From Dehalococcoidia bacterium (GTDB lineage Bacteria > Chloroflexota > Dehalococcoidia > UBA2979), in assembly GCA_965237865.1 (NCBI GenBank), contig OZ250164.1:2973568-3037567 (forward strand): DNA of 64,000 nucleotides. The letters run 5' to 3'. This document shows positions 19,365 through 28,571 of this stretch, piece by piece; position 1 is the first letter of the stretch, and each line of letters opens with the position of its first letter. The notes below the pieces were generated by a model, which was given only the letters and a program-made list of their open reading frames with translations, was not told where the DNA came from and searched no databases. The position numbers and the translations under genes were made by a program.

Positions 19365-22064
19365 ATGACGACCGACAACGGCGCCCGCGAGGAGATGCGC
19401 AGCGCCTATGACCCCTCCGAGGTCGAGGAGCGGATCTACCGCGCCTGGGAGGAAGGCGGCTTCTTCAAGCCCCAGGGCGGCGAGCGGCCCTTCACGGTGA
19501 TCATGCCGCCGCCCAACCTGACCGGCGAGCTGCACATGGGCCACGCCCTCACCGCCGCCGTCGAGGACGCCCTGATCCGCTGGCACCGCATGCTCGGCGA
19601 CGACACCGTCTGGGTGCCCGGCGTCGACCACGCCGCGATCGCCGTCAACGCCGTCGTCGAGCGCCAGCTCGATGCGGAAGGGGTGAGCCGCCACGACATC
19701 GGCCGCGAGGCCTTCCTCGGGCGCGTCTGGGCGTTCGTCAACGCCGCGCGGGCGCGCATCGCCGAGCAGCACCGGCGGCTCGGCGCCTCGGCGGACTGGG
19801 ATCGCGAGGCGTTCACGCTCGACGAGGAGCGCCAGCGCGCCGTCCGCCAGACCTTCGTGAACCTCTACGAGGACGGCCTGATTTTCCGCGGCGAGCGGAT
19901 GATCAACTGGGACACCGCCGGCCAGACCGCGCTCTCCGACCTCGAGGTCGAGTACCGCGACGTCGAGTCCTCGTTCTGGTACGTGCGCTACACCGCGCTC
20001 GACGAGGCGGGCGAGCCGACCGACGACTACATCGTGATCGCGACGACACGGCCGGAGACGATCCCGGCCGACACCGCCGTCGCCGTGCACCCCGAGGACG
20101 AGCGCTGGCGTCACCTGATCGGGCGCATGGTGCTGGAGCCGACCTCGGACCGCCCGATCCCGGTGATCGCGGACGAGGCGATCGAGATCGAGGCGGGGTC
20201 CGGTGCGCTCAAGGTGACGCCCGGCCACGATCCGGTCGACTTCGAGATCGGCGAGCGGCACGGGCTGGAGACGATCAACATCCTCGCGCCGGACGGGACG
20301 CTCAACGAGCACGCCGGGCGCTACGCCGGCATCGATCGTTTCGAGGCGCGCGACCGCGTCGTCGAGGACCTCGAGGCGAAGGGGCTGATCGAGAAGATCG
20401 AGCCGTACACGCACGCGGTCGGGCACTCGCAGCGATCGGGCGCGGTGGTGGAGCCGATCGTCTCGGAGCAGTGGTGGGTGAACGTCGGCCCGCTGGCGGA
20501 GCCGGCGATCGCGGCGGTGCGCGACGGCCGCATCGCGTTCGTGCCGAAGCGCTTCGAGCGCACCTACCTGCACTGGATGGAGAACATCCGCGACTGGTGC
20601 ATCAGCCGCCAGATCTGGTGGGGCCATCGCATCCCCGTCTGGTACTGCGACGCCGAGGACTGCGGCGAGACCATCGCCGCCGTCGAGGATCCGGACGCCT
20701 GCCCGGCCTGCGGCGGGGCGCTGCGGCAGGACGAGGACACCCTCGACACGTGGTTCTCGTCGGGGCTGTGGCCGCACTCGACGCTGGGCTGGCCGGACGG
20801 GGAGGCCGAGGATCTGCCGCGCTTCTACCCGACGCAGGTGATGGAGACCGGCTACGACATCATCTTCTTCTGGGTCGCGCGCATGATCATGCTCTCGCTC
20901 TACAACATGCGCGGCTTCGAGGGCGGCGACATCCCCTTCGAGACGGTCTACCTGCATGGCCTCGTGCGCGCGCCCGACGGGCGCAAGATGTCCAAGTCCT
21001 TCGGCAACGTCGTCGACCCGCTCGGCGTGATCGAGCAGTACGGCACGGACGCACTGCGCTACGCCCTGATCTCCGGCACCAGCCCCGGCAACGACCAGCG
21101 CATCACCGACGACCGCCTCGAGGCGGGCCGCAACTTCGCGAATAAGCTGTGGAACGCCGCGCGGCTGGTGCGCTCGCTCGCCGGGCCCGGCGCCGACCTC
21201 GAGCTGCCGCCGGCGGGCGACCCGCGGCTGCGGCGCGAGGACCGCTGGGTACTCTCGCGGGCGGAGCGAACCGTGGCGCTCGCCGACGAGCTGTTGCGCT
21301 CCTACCAGCTCGCGGAGGCGCTGCGCCAGACGCGTGACTTCTTCTGGGACGAGTTCGCGGACTGGTACCTGGAGCTGGCAAAGCTGCGCGTGCGCGAGGG
21401 CGACGCCGTACCGCTGGCGGTGACGGCGCACGTCCTCGATCGCGTGCTGCGGCTGCTGCACCCGTTCATGCCGTTCGTCACCGAGGAGATCTGGCAGCGG
21501 CTCACCGAGGCGCGCCCAGACCCCGGCGGAGCGCCGCAGCTGATCGTCGCGCGCTACCCCGAGGCCGACGCCGCGCGCTACGACGAGGCAGCCGAGCGCG
21601 ACCTGGCGGCAGTGCAGGACTTCGTGCGCGCGATCCGCAACGAGCGCGCCGCGAAGCGCGTCGAGGCCGGACGCTGGATCGAGGCCTACGTGGTCGCCGA
21701 TGGCGCGGCGGAGGCCGCGGGCGACCTCGCGGCGGCGATCGGGCAGCTCGCGCGGGCGCGCCCGCTGCACGTGGTGGCGGGCGCCGCGGAGGCGCCGTCC
21801 GAGGGCGTCGTGACCGCCGTGCTGCCCGTCGGGCGCGTGGTGCTGCCGATGGCGGGCCTGTTCGACCTCGATGCGGAGCGCGGGCGGCTGGGCAAGCAGA
21901 TCGGCGAGGCGCGGGACGAGGTGCAGAAACTCGGCGCGAAGCTGGCGAACGAGCAGTTCCGCACGCGCGCCCCGGCGGCCGTCGTCGCGCGCGAGGAGGA
22001 CCGGCTCGCGACCGCATCCTCGCGCCTGCGCGGCCTCGAGGAGTCGCTGGCCGAGATCAGCTAG
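19365..22064 (+). CDS. valS: Valine--tRNA ligase
   Basis: PPPNLTGELHMGHA (HIGH), WCISRQIWWGHRIP, KMSKS, C-terminal coiled coil. Confidence 0.98.
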   Translation: MTTDNGAREEMRSAYDPSEVEERIYRAWEEGGFFKPQGGERPFTVIMPPPNLTGELHMGHALTAAVEDALIRWHRMLGDDTVWVPGVDHAAIAVNAVVERQLDAEGVSRHDIGREAFLGRVWAFVNAARARIAEQHRRLGASADWDREAFTLDEERQRAVRQTFVNLYEDGLIFRGERMINWDTAGQTALSDLEVEYRDVESSFWYVRYTALDEAGEPTDDYIVIATTRPETIPADTAVAVHPEDERWRHLIGRMVLEPTSDRPIPVIADEAIEIEAGSGALKVTPGHDPVDFEIGERHGLETINILAPDGTLNEHAGRYAGIDRFEARDRVVEDLEAKGLIEKIEPYTHAVGHSQRSGAVVEPIVSEQWWVNVGPLAEPAIAAVRDGRIAFVPKRFERTYLHWMENIRDWCISRQIWWGHRIPVWYCDAEDCGETIAAVEDPDACPACGGALRQDEDTLDTWFSSGLWPHSTLGWPDGEAEDLPRFYPTQVMETGYDIIFFWVARMIMLSLYNMRGFEGGDIPFETVYLHGLVRAPDGRKMSKSFGNVVDPLGVIEQYGTDALRYALISGTSPGNDQRITDDRLEAGRNFANKLWNAARLVRSLAGPGADLELPPAGDPRLRREDRWVLSRAERTVALADELLRSYQLAEALRQTRDFFWDEFADWYLELAKLRVREGDAVPLAVTAHVLDRVLRLLHPFMPFVTEEIWQRLTEARPDPGGAPQLIVARYPEADAARYDEAAERDLAAVQDFVRAIRNERAAKRVEAGRWIEAYVVADGAAEAAGDLAAAIGQLARARPLHVVAGAAEAPSEGVVTAVLPVGRVVLPMAGLFDLDAERGRLGKQIGEARDEVQKLGAKLANEQFRTRAPAAVVAREEDRLATASSRLRGLEESLAEIS

Positions 22065-22126
22065 CCGCGAACGATCTCCACTCGCCCGTCTTGCCTCGCC
22101 GCGAGCACGCGCAATACGCTCGCGCC

Positions 22127-23095
22127 ATGGAACAACGTACCTTCGGCAGCCTCGGATACGATGTCAGCGCGCTCACCCTCGGCGGCGGGGGGATCGGCCA
22201 GGTCTGGGGCCCGACGACCCGCGAGGAGTGCGTCGCCACCACGCGCGAGGCGATCGAACTCGGCATCAACTTGCTCGACGTCGCGCCGAGCTACGGCGAC
22301 GGCGAGGCCGAGCGCGTCGTCGGCGAGGCGTTCGGCGGGCGGCTCCCTGCTGGCGTGCGCGTCTCGACCAAGTGCCGCGTCAACGCCCCGCCGGCCGCCG
22401 AGGTGGCGGAACTGCTCCGCTCGAGCCTCACGGAGAGCCTGGAGCGGCTGCGCCTCGAGCGCGTCGACGTGTTCATCGTGCACAACATGCTCGTCGCGGA
22501 TGCCGACGCCGATCGCGTCGATCACTACCTGGGCACCCCGCTCACGCTCTTCGAGGAGGCCGTGCGGCCAGCGCTCGAGGGCCTCGTGGCAGAGGGGCTG
22601 GCGGGCGCGTGGGGCATCACGGGCATCGGCGTGCCCGACGCCGTGATCGCGGCGCTCCGCTCCGGGACGCCGCCCGGCGCGGTGCAGTGCATCGCGAACC
22701 TCCTCGACTCGGCCGGCGCGATCCAGCGCTTCGAGGGCACGCTGCGCCCGCGCGAGGTGATCGCCGCGGCCGGCGAGGAGGGCGTCGGCGTGATGGGGAT
22801 CCGCGCCGTGCAGGCGGGCGCCCTGACCGGCGCGATCGACCGCGAGCTGCCGGAAGGGCACGGCGACGCGGCGGACTTCAATCGCGCGGCGCCATTCCGT
22901 GACCTCGCGCGCGAGGTCGGCGAGTCGCCGGCTGCGCTGGCGCACCGCTACGCGCTGTCGATGCGGGGCGTTTCGACCGTGGTGCTGGGCGTGAAGAACC
23001 GCGAGGAGCTGCGCGAGTGCGTCGACGCGGAGGCGAGCGGCCCCCTCGACGCCGAGTTGATGTCGCGCATCGACGCGGCGGTGGGCCGGGCCTAG
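22127..23095 (+). CDS. Aldo/keto reductase
   Basis: RTFGSLG...LGGGG, LDVAPSYG, STK, SLERLRLERVD, VVLG; start moved to ATG 22127. Confidence 0.9.
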   Translation: MEQRTFGSLGYDVSALTLGGGGIGQVWGPTTREECVATTREAIELGINLLDVAPSYGDGEAERVVGEAFGGRLPAGVRVSTKCRVNAPPAAEVAELLRSSLTESLERLRLERVDVFIVHNMLVADADADRVDHYLGTPLTLFEEAVRPALEGLVAEGLAGAWGITGIGVPDAVIAALRSGTPPGAVQCIANLLDSAGAIQRFEGTLRPREVIAAAGEEGVGVMGIRAVQAGALTGAIDRELPEGHGDAADFNRAAPFRDLAREVGESPAALAHRYALSMRGVSTVVLGVKNREELRECVDAEASGPLDAELMSRIDAAVGRA

Positions 23096-23118
23096 ACCGC
23101 ATACGGTCCATACGCGTT

Positions 23119-23256
23119 CCGGCGAGCCGGATGTCGAGCGCCCCGCGCGCTGCGGCAGCCTGGCGTTCTGCGGCGGACTCAAGCCCTCTCATATCCCCAC
23201 GGTTCCCCGCGCTCCCCGAGGCGCGCGAGCCGGGCGCTCGATCCGGTACTCTCCGG
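23119..23256. repeat. Long interrupted inverted repeat upstream of fhs
   Basis: CCGGA/TCCGG, TCGAGCGCCC(23134-43)/GGGCGCTCGA(23232-41) and CGCGCGC/GCGCGCG nested stems. Confidence 0.6.
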
Positions 23257-23279
23257 CGGGCGCGACGACGGAGGTTGCG

Positions 23280-24905
23280 GTGCGAGCGATCAACGAGGTG
23301 GTCGAGCAGCTCGGCCTCGAGTGGGAGGCGATCGAGCCGTACGGCCGCGACAAGGTCAAGGTTCCGCTCGACGCGATCGCGCACGGGGGCGCTTCCGGGA
23401 AGCTGGTCGTCGTCACCGCGATCACGCCGACGCCGGCCGGCGAGGGCAAAACCACCACCTCGATCGGGCTCACGGACGGGCTCGCCAGGATCGGGAAGCG
23501 CGCCGTCCTCGCGATTCGCGAGCCGTCGCTGGGCCCGCTCTTCGGCATGAAGGGCGGCGGCACCGGGGGAGGGCGCGCGACCGTCGAGCCGGCGGCGGAC
23601 ATCAACCTGCACTTCACCGGCGACTTCCACGCGATCCAGTCCACGCACAACTTCCTCGCCTCGATGGCGGACAACGCGGTGCGCTCCGGCGCGATCGAGG
23701 GCTTCGCCGCCGGGGGCATCAGCTGGCGGCGGGTGACGGACGCCGAGGACCGCGCGCTGCGGCGGATCGTGACCGGCGTCGGCGGGCGCGCCGACGGGCC
23801 GCTTCGCGACACGGGGTTCGACATCTCGGCGGCGTCGGAGATCATGGCCATCGTCGCGCTCGCCTCGGACTACGACGACCTGCGGCTGCGCCTCTCGGAG
23901 ATCGTCGTGGGCTGGACCGACGGCGACCGGCCCGTGCGCGCCGCCGAGCTGGACTGCGTGGGCGCGATGATGGTGCTGCTGAAGGACGCGCTGAAGCCGA
24001 ACCTCGTGCAGACGGCCGAGGGACAGCCGGCGATTGTGCACACCGGGCCGTTCGGGAACATCGCACACGGCTGCTCCTCGATCATCGCCGACCGGCTCGC
24101 GCTGGCCACGGGCGAACTCGTGGTGACCGAGGCGGGCTTCGGGGCCGACCTCGGGTTCGAGAAGTTCATGGACATCAAGGTCCGCCAGGGCGGGCCGGAG
24201 CCGTCCGCGGCGGTCGTCGTCGCAACGGTGCGCGGTCTGCGCTGGCACGGCGGCGCGCAGCGGGACGCCCTCGACGAGCCCGACGCGCAGGCCGTCGAGG
24301 AGGGCAGCGTGAACCTGCGGAACGCGATCAGCGTCGTTCGCGACTACGGGTTGCCCGCCGTCGTCGCCATCAACCGCTTCCCGACCGACACCGCGGAAGA
24401 GATGGCGATCGCGAGGCGTGTCGCCCTCGAGGCGGGCGCGCTGGCGGCGGTCGAGGCGAAGGGCTACGGCGAGGGCGGCGCGGGGATGACCGAGCTGGCC
24501 GACGCCGTCGTCTCCGCGGTCGAGCAGCCCTCGAAGGTGCGGCTGCTGTACGAGGACGACGCCGGCGTGATCGGGAAGGTCGAGACGCTTGCGCGCGAGA
24601 TCTATCACGCCGATGCGGTGAGCTGGGGCCCGCTCACCCGCACGACGAGCCGCCGCTTCGAGCGGAACGGCTGGGACTTTCCGATCTGCGTGGCGAAGAC
24701 GCACCTCTCGCTGTCGGCGTTCCAGGACCGGCGCGGGGTGCCGCGCGGACATACCTTCCCGATTGCCGAGATGCGGGTGGCGGCGGGCGCGCGGCAAATC
24801 ATCGCGCTCGCGGGGCCGATCATCACACTGCCGGGCCTGCCCGCGAAGCCGAATGCGCTCGGCTTCGACCTCGGCCCGGACGGGGAGGTGCGAGGCCTGG
24901 TCTGA
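23280..24905 (+). CDS. fhs: Formate--tetrahydrofolate ligase
   Basis: TPTPAGEGKTTT, HFTGDFHAI, KPNLVQT, NIAHG, TEAGFGADLG, PGLP; GGAGG RBS. Confidence 0.96.
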   Translation: MRAINEVVEQLGLEWEAIEPYGRDKVKVPLDAIAHGGASGKLVVVTAITPTPAGEGKTTTSIGLTDGLARIGKRAVLAIREPSLGPLFGMKGGGTGGGRATVEPAADINLHFTGDFHAIQSTHNFLASMADNAVRSGAIEGFAAGGISWRRVTDAEDRALRRIVTGVGGRADGPLRDTGFDISAASEIMAIVALASDYDDLRLRLSEIVVGWTDGDRPVRAAELDCVGAMMVLLKDALKPNLVQTAEGQPAIVHTGPFGNIAHGCSSIIADRLALATGELVVTEAGFGADLGFEKFMDIKVRQGGPEPSAAVVVATVRGLRWHGGAQRDALDEPDAQAVEEGSVNLRNAISVVRDYGLPAVVAINRFPTDTAEEMAIARRVALEAGALAAVEAKGYGEGGAGMTELADAVVSAVEQPSKVRLLYEDDAGVIGKVETLAREIYHADAVSWGPLTRTTSRRFERNGWDFPICVAKTHLSLSAFQDRRGVPRGHTFPIAEMRVAAGARQIIALAGPIITLPGLPAKPNALGFDLGPDGEVRGLV

Positions 24906-24962
24906 GCGACCGGGTCCTCGCGCCTGCGTGGCCTCAAGTAGTCGCTGGCTGAGATCAATTGG
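24906..24962 (+). pseudogene. Decayed duplicate of the valS 3' end
   Basis: 48/57 identity to 22008-22064; in the valS frame it reads ATGSSRLRGLK*SLAEINW versus ATASSRLRGLEESLAEIS*. Confidence 0.85.
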
Positions 24963-24977
24963 CTACGAGTCAGCTCA

Positions 24978-25484
24978 CTACGAGAAGGAAGCGCAGGCGC
25001 TGTTGAGGATGCGCAGCACCGACTCCTGCTGGAAGCGCCGCTTGTACTCCTCGGAGATCTCGTCGATCAGCCGCCGCGCCTCGTCGCCGGGCGGGGCGAG
25101 GATCCAGAGCAGCTTCGAGCGCTCGCGCTGGATCGCGCCGGCGGAGTCGCGCCACTGCCCCGCCGCGTCCAGCACCGTCAGTCCGTCCGGGAAGCGCGGG
25201 GTCACCGTCTCGGCGAGGAAGGCGGTCCACTGCTGCTCGCTGACCTCCCCGCCGTCGGCCGTGCCGCGTCCGAGGAAGAGCTGGTACTCGGCATAGCGGT
25301 CGCTGCCCTCGGGGCACGGCTCCGCCTCGTCGTCGCCGCCGCATGCGAGGAGCGCGAGCGCGGCGAGGAGGAGGGAGGCGAGTGCGAGCAGGCGGGTCGC
25401 GGGTATCGAGATCGTCTCAGGCGTATGCGATTGGGCGGGCCGCAGGGCCGCTCGCTCATCTGATCTGAGCCATACTGTCTTCAT
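24978..25484 (-). CDS. DUF3574-domain lipoprotein
   Basis: LFLGR...VSEQQWTAFLAETVTPRFPDGLTVLDAAGQWR...QESVLR; lipobox LLAC. Start uncertain. Confidence 0.8.
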   Translation of the reverse strand: MKTVWLRSDERAALRPAQSHTPETISIPATRLLALASLLLAALALLACGGDDEAEPCPEGSDRYAEYQLFLGRGTADGGEVSEQQWTAFLAETVTPRFPDGLTVLDAAGQWRDSAGAIQRERSKLLWILAPPGDEARRLIDEISEEYKRRFQQESVLRILNSACASFS

Positions 25485-25803
25485 GGCGAAGCTACTCCAG
25501 GTGCTGCTCGACGACGAAGAGTATCGCGAGATCCGGGATGCGGCCCGCAGGCAGCGCATGCCCGTGGCGGAGTGGGTTCGTCAAGCATTGCGCCGGGCAC
25601 GGGCGCATCGCCGTGGAACGGTCGAAGCAAAGCTGCGGGCCATCGCCAACGCGACGCGGCACGACTTCCCGACCGCCGACATCGAGGACATGCTCGACGA
25701 GATTGCAGCGGGCCGGCGCCTCGCCCGAGGGGCTGGAACCAACCGCATCCTGAGCTTCGACCGCGGTTTCGACCCCGTTCCGGGGGTTGAGCGGCTGGCC
25801 TGA
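25483..25803 (+). CDS. CopG/RHH-type antitoxin fused in frame to a VapC C-terminal remnant
   Basis: LQVLLDDEEYREIRDAARRQRMPVAEWVRQALR RHH-like start; tail RILSFDRGFDPVPGVERLA resembles a PIN toxin C-terminus. Confidence 0.75.
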   Translation: MAKLLQVLLDDEEYREIRDAARRQRMPVAEWVRQALRRARAHRRGTVEAKLRAIANATRHDFPTADIEDMLDEIAAGRRLARGAGTNRILSFDRGFDPVPGVERLA

Positions 25804-25818
25804 CGAGGAGCCTCTGCG

Positions 25819-25846
25819 TTGACCATCCGGGGGGCCGCTGCTACGT
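25819..25846 (+). promoter_or_regulatory. Promoter of the nuo operon
   Basis: TTGACC-16 nt-TACGTT with TG extended -10. Confidence 0.55.
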
Positions 25847-25916
25847 TGCCGCAGGGCCTCGATCCGCCTCGCAGCAGGCGGCGGCGAACGCCGGCACGAG
25901 CGGCTGGGACAAGGCG

Positions 25917-26282
25917 TTGAACGAGCTGTTCGACAACTATCTTTCCGTGCTCCTCGCCACCGGCGTGGGCTTCATGCTCGTGATCAGCGCGCTCATCGGC
26001 GCCCGCCTGATCGCTCCCTACTCGCACGAGCGGCACAAGGGCACCACCTACGAGTGCGGCATGCTGCCGATCCGGCGCGCCAGCACCAACGTGGGCATGC
26101 GCTTCTACCTCTACGCCATCCTCTTTATCATCTTCGATGTCGAAGCCGTGTTTATCTTCCCGTGGGCCCTCTCCTTCGTGGAGGTCGGGCCGCAGGCGTA
26201 CTTCGAGATGCTGCTCTTCGTGGGCATCCTGGCGGTCGGCTTCGCGTACGCCTGGAAGAAGGGAGCGCTCCAATGGCGGTAG
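25917..26282 (+). CDS. nuoA: Complex I subunit A
   Basis: [36 protein letters not shown]. Confidence 0.95.
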   Translation: MNELFDNYLSVLLATGVGFMLVISALIGARLIAPYSHERHKGTTYECGMLPIRRASTNVGMRFYLYAILFIIFDVEAVFIFPWALSFVEVGPQAYFEMLLFVGILAVGFAYAWKKGALQWR

Positions 26283-26908
26283 GCCCCACAACCGGAACGA
26301 CCGAGACCACCACCGCTCCCCCGGCAGCCCCGCCCGACGCGGCGCCGCTGCCGCTGATGCCGTACACGCCTCCTCAGGAGCACCCGGCGGAGCTGCCACG
26401 GCTTACGCCCGTCGAGTTGGCGCCGGGCAAGGCGCTCTACAAGATCGTGCTGCCGGGCGTGATGCAGGCGCCGGCGGACCTCGTGATCGCCGCCGCGCGC
26501 AAGTCCTCGCTGTGGCCGATGACCTTCGGGCTGGCCTGCTGCGCGATCGAGATGATCGCCACCTACATGTCGCACTACGACCTCGACCGCTTCGGGATCG
26601 TGCCCTGGCCCTCGCCGCGCCAGTCGGACGTGATGATCGTCGCCGGCACGGTGACGAAGAAGATGGCTCCGGCGGTGAAGCTGCTCTACGAGCAGATGCC
26701 GAATCCCAAGTGGGTGATCTCGATGGGCGCCTGCGCGACCAACGGCGGCCCCTACACCCGCTACGACCGCGTGCTCCAGGGCGTCGACAAGATCGTGCCC
26801 GTGGACGTCTACGTGCCCGGCTGTCCGCCGCGGCCGGAGGCGCTGCTCGACGGCTTCGTGGCCCTCCAGGAGAAGATCATGGAGGAGCGCGGAGCGACCG
26901 GCCGATGA
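26273..26908 (+). CDS. nuoB: Complex I subunit B
   Basis: [31 protein letters not shown]; start ATG 26273. Confidence 0.95.
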   Translation: MAVGPTTGTTETTTAPPAAPPDAAPLPLMPYTPPQEHPAELPRLTPVELAPGKALYKIVLPGVMQAPADLVIAAARKSSLWPMTFGLACCAIEMIATYMSHYDLDRFGIVPWPSPRQSDVMIVAGTVTKKMAPAVKLLYEQMPNPKWVISMGACATNGGPYTRYDRVLQGVDKIVPVDVYVPGCPPRPEALLDGFVALQEKIMEERGATGR

Positions 26909-27429
26909 CGAACGGCGACCCCGACGCCCTCGCAGGAACCATCTGGGCGCAGGTCGACGCCTGCCTCGCAGGCATCACCTGCGATCCGGAGCGGGGCGTG
27001 CAGGATCTGATCGTCACGATCCCGAAGGACGAGCTGCTGCGCGGGCTGCGCGCGCTCAAGCGCTACCCCGATCTCGCCTTCGACTACCTGCGCTGCCTTA
27101 GCGGCATCGACTGGGAGGACGAGGGGATCGACGTCGTCTACCACCTCTACTCCTCGACCCGGAAGGTCAACCTCACGGTCAAGACGCGGCTGCCGAACGA
27201 CGACCTGACGGTGGACACCGCGACCACGGTCTGGCGCGCGGCCAACTGGCTCGAGCGCGAGACGGCGGAGATGTTCGGCGTGCGCTTCGAGGGGCACCCC
27301 GACCCGCGCACGCTGCTGCTGCCGGACGACATGGACGACACGTTCCCGCTGCGCAAGGAGCACCCGCTCGCGGAGATCGAGGTGCTGCAGGGCGAGGGCA
27401 TCGCCTACGGCGAGGGGGTGCAGCCGTGA
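26905..27429 (+). CDS. nuoC: Complex I subunit C
   Basis: [34 protein letters not shown]. Confidence 0.93.
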   Translation: MTNGDPDALAGTIWAQVDACLAGITCDPERGVQDLIVTIPKDELLRGLRALKRYPDLAFDYLRCLSGIDWEDEGIDVVYHLYSSTRKVNLTVKTRLPNDDLTVDTATTVWRAANWLERETAEMFGVRFEGHPDPRTLLLPDDMDDTFPLRKEHPLAEIEVLQGEGIAYGEGVQP

Positions 27430-28571
27430 CCCAGCCCGCGATGCCGGACACGCCGGCCTTCGATCACGAGTTCGAGACCCAGGACATCATGATCAACATG
27501 GGGCCGCAGCACCCCTCGACGCACGGCGTCTTCCGCATGGTGCTGACCATCGACGGCGAACTCGTCACCGACGTGACGCCGCACATCGGCTACATGCACC
27601 GCGGGGCCGAGAAGCTCTGCGAGACCATGGACTACCGCCAGGGCATCGGCTACATGGACCGCACGGAGTACCTGGCGAACTTCAACGCCGAGCTCTCCTA
27701 CGTGATGGCCGTCGAAACGCTCGCCGACCTCGAGGTGCCGGAGCGCGCGCAGTGGATCCGCATGATCCTCTGCGAGCTGAACCGGCTCTCCAGCCACTTC
27801 ATGTTCCTCGGCGCGTTCGGGACGGACGTCGGCGTCTTCGGCACGGCGTTCACCTACGCCTTCCGCGAGCGCGAGTTCATCCAGGACCTGTTCGAGGAGG
27901 TCACCGGCGACCGCCTGATGTTCGCCTACTTCCGCGCGGGCGGCCTCGCCTGGGAGGTGCCCGATAACTTCGAGGCGCGCGTGCGCGAGACGCTGAAGCT
28001 CTCGCGCCGCGGCATCGGCGATCTCGACGGGCTGATGACGCAGAACGAGATCTTCCGCGCACGCACCGAGGGCGTCGGCTACCTCAGCGCCGAGGACGCA
28101 CTCGACTGGGGCGCGAGCGGACCGACGCTGCGGGCCAGCGGCGTGGAGATGGACATCCGCCGCGACGAGCCCTACCTCTTCTACGACCAGGTCGAGTTCG
28201 ACGTGATCACGGGCGACCACGGCGACGTGTTCGACCGCTTCCAGTGCCGCATGGACGAGATGTGGCAGTCGATCCGCATCATCGAGCAGTGCCTCGAGCG
28301 GCTGGAGCCGGGCCCGATCGTGCCGGAGCGGCTGCCTCGCATGCTGCGCACCCCGCCGGGCGAGGTCTACACCCGCACCGAGGCGCCGCGCGGCGAGTAC
28401 GGCATCTACCTGGTGAGCAAGGGCGGCAACCGGCCGCACCGGCTGAAGATCCGTTCCGCCTGCCTCTCCAACCTGCAGGCGCTGCGTGACATGACGATCG
28501 GCGGCTACATCGCCGACGCGGTCGTGGTCCTCGGCTCGCTCGACATCGTGCTCTGCGAGGTCGACCGATGA
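27426..28571 (+). CDS. nuoD: Complex I subunit D
   Basis: NMGPQHPSTHGVFR, GYMHRGAEK, EAPRGE, DIVLCEVDR; no NiFe CxxC pairs. Confidence 0.96.
   Translation: MTQPAMPDTPAFDHEFETQDIMINMGPQHPSTHGVFRMVLTIDGELVTDVTPHIGYMHRGAEKLCETMDYRQGIGYMDRTEYLANFNAELSYVMAVETLADLEVPERAQWIRMILCELNRLSSHFMFLGAFGTDVGVFGTAFTYAFREREFIQDLFEEVTGDRLMFAYFRAGGLAWEVPDNFEARVRETLKLSRRGIGDLDGLMTQNEIFRARTEGVGYLSAEDALDWGASGPTLRASGVEMDIRRDEPYLFYDQVEFDVITGDHGDVFDRFQCRMDEMWQSIRIIEQCLERLEPGPIVPERLPRMLRTPPGEVYTRTEAPRGEYGIYLVSKGGNRPHRLKIRSACLSNLQALRDMTIGGYIADAVVVLGSLDIVLCEVDR

Noticed and set aside
18974-19378. 134-aa ORF containing 24-aa repeats (HRARTYMSRATLKALFHSPSPFVS)
   Set aside because: It is open because 72 is a multiple of 3; it runs antisense across the valS promoter and start and has no RBS or homology cue.
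23096-23279. ZMP/ZTP or THF riboswitch upstream of fhs
   Set aside because: Consensus segments are not recognisable on either strand.
27426-28571. Group 4 NiFe hydrogenase large subunit
   Set aside because: It lacks both CxxC metal-binding motifs and has NuoD quinone-site motifs.
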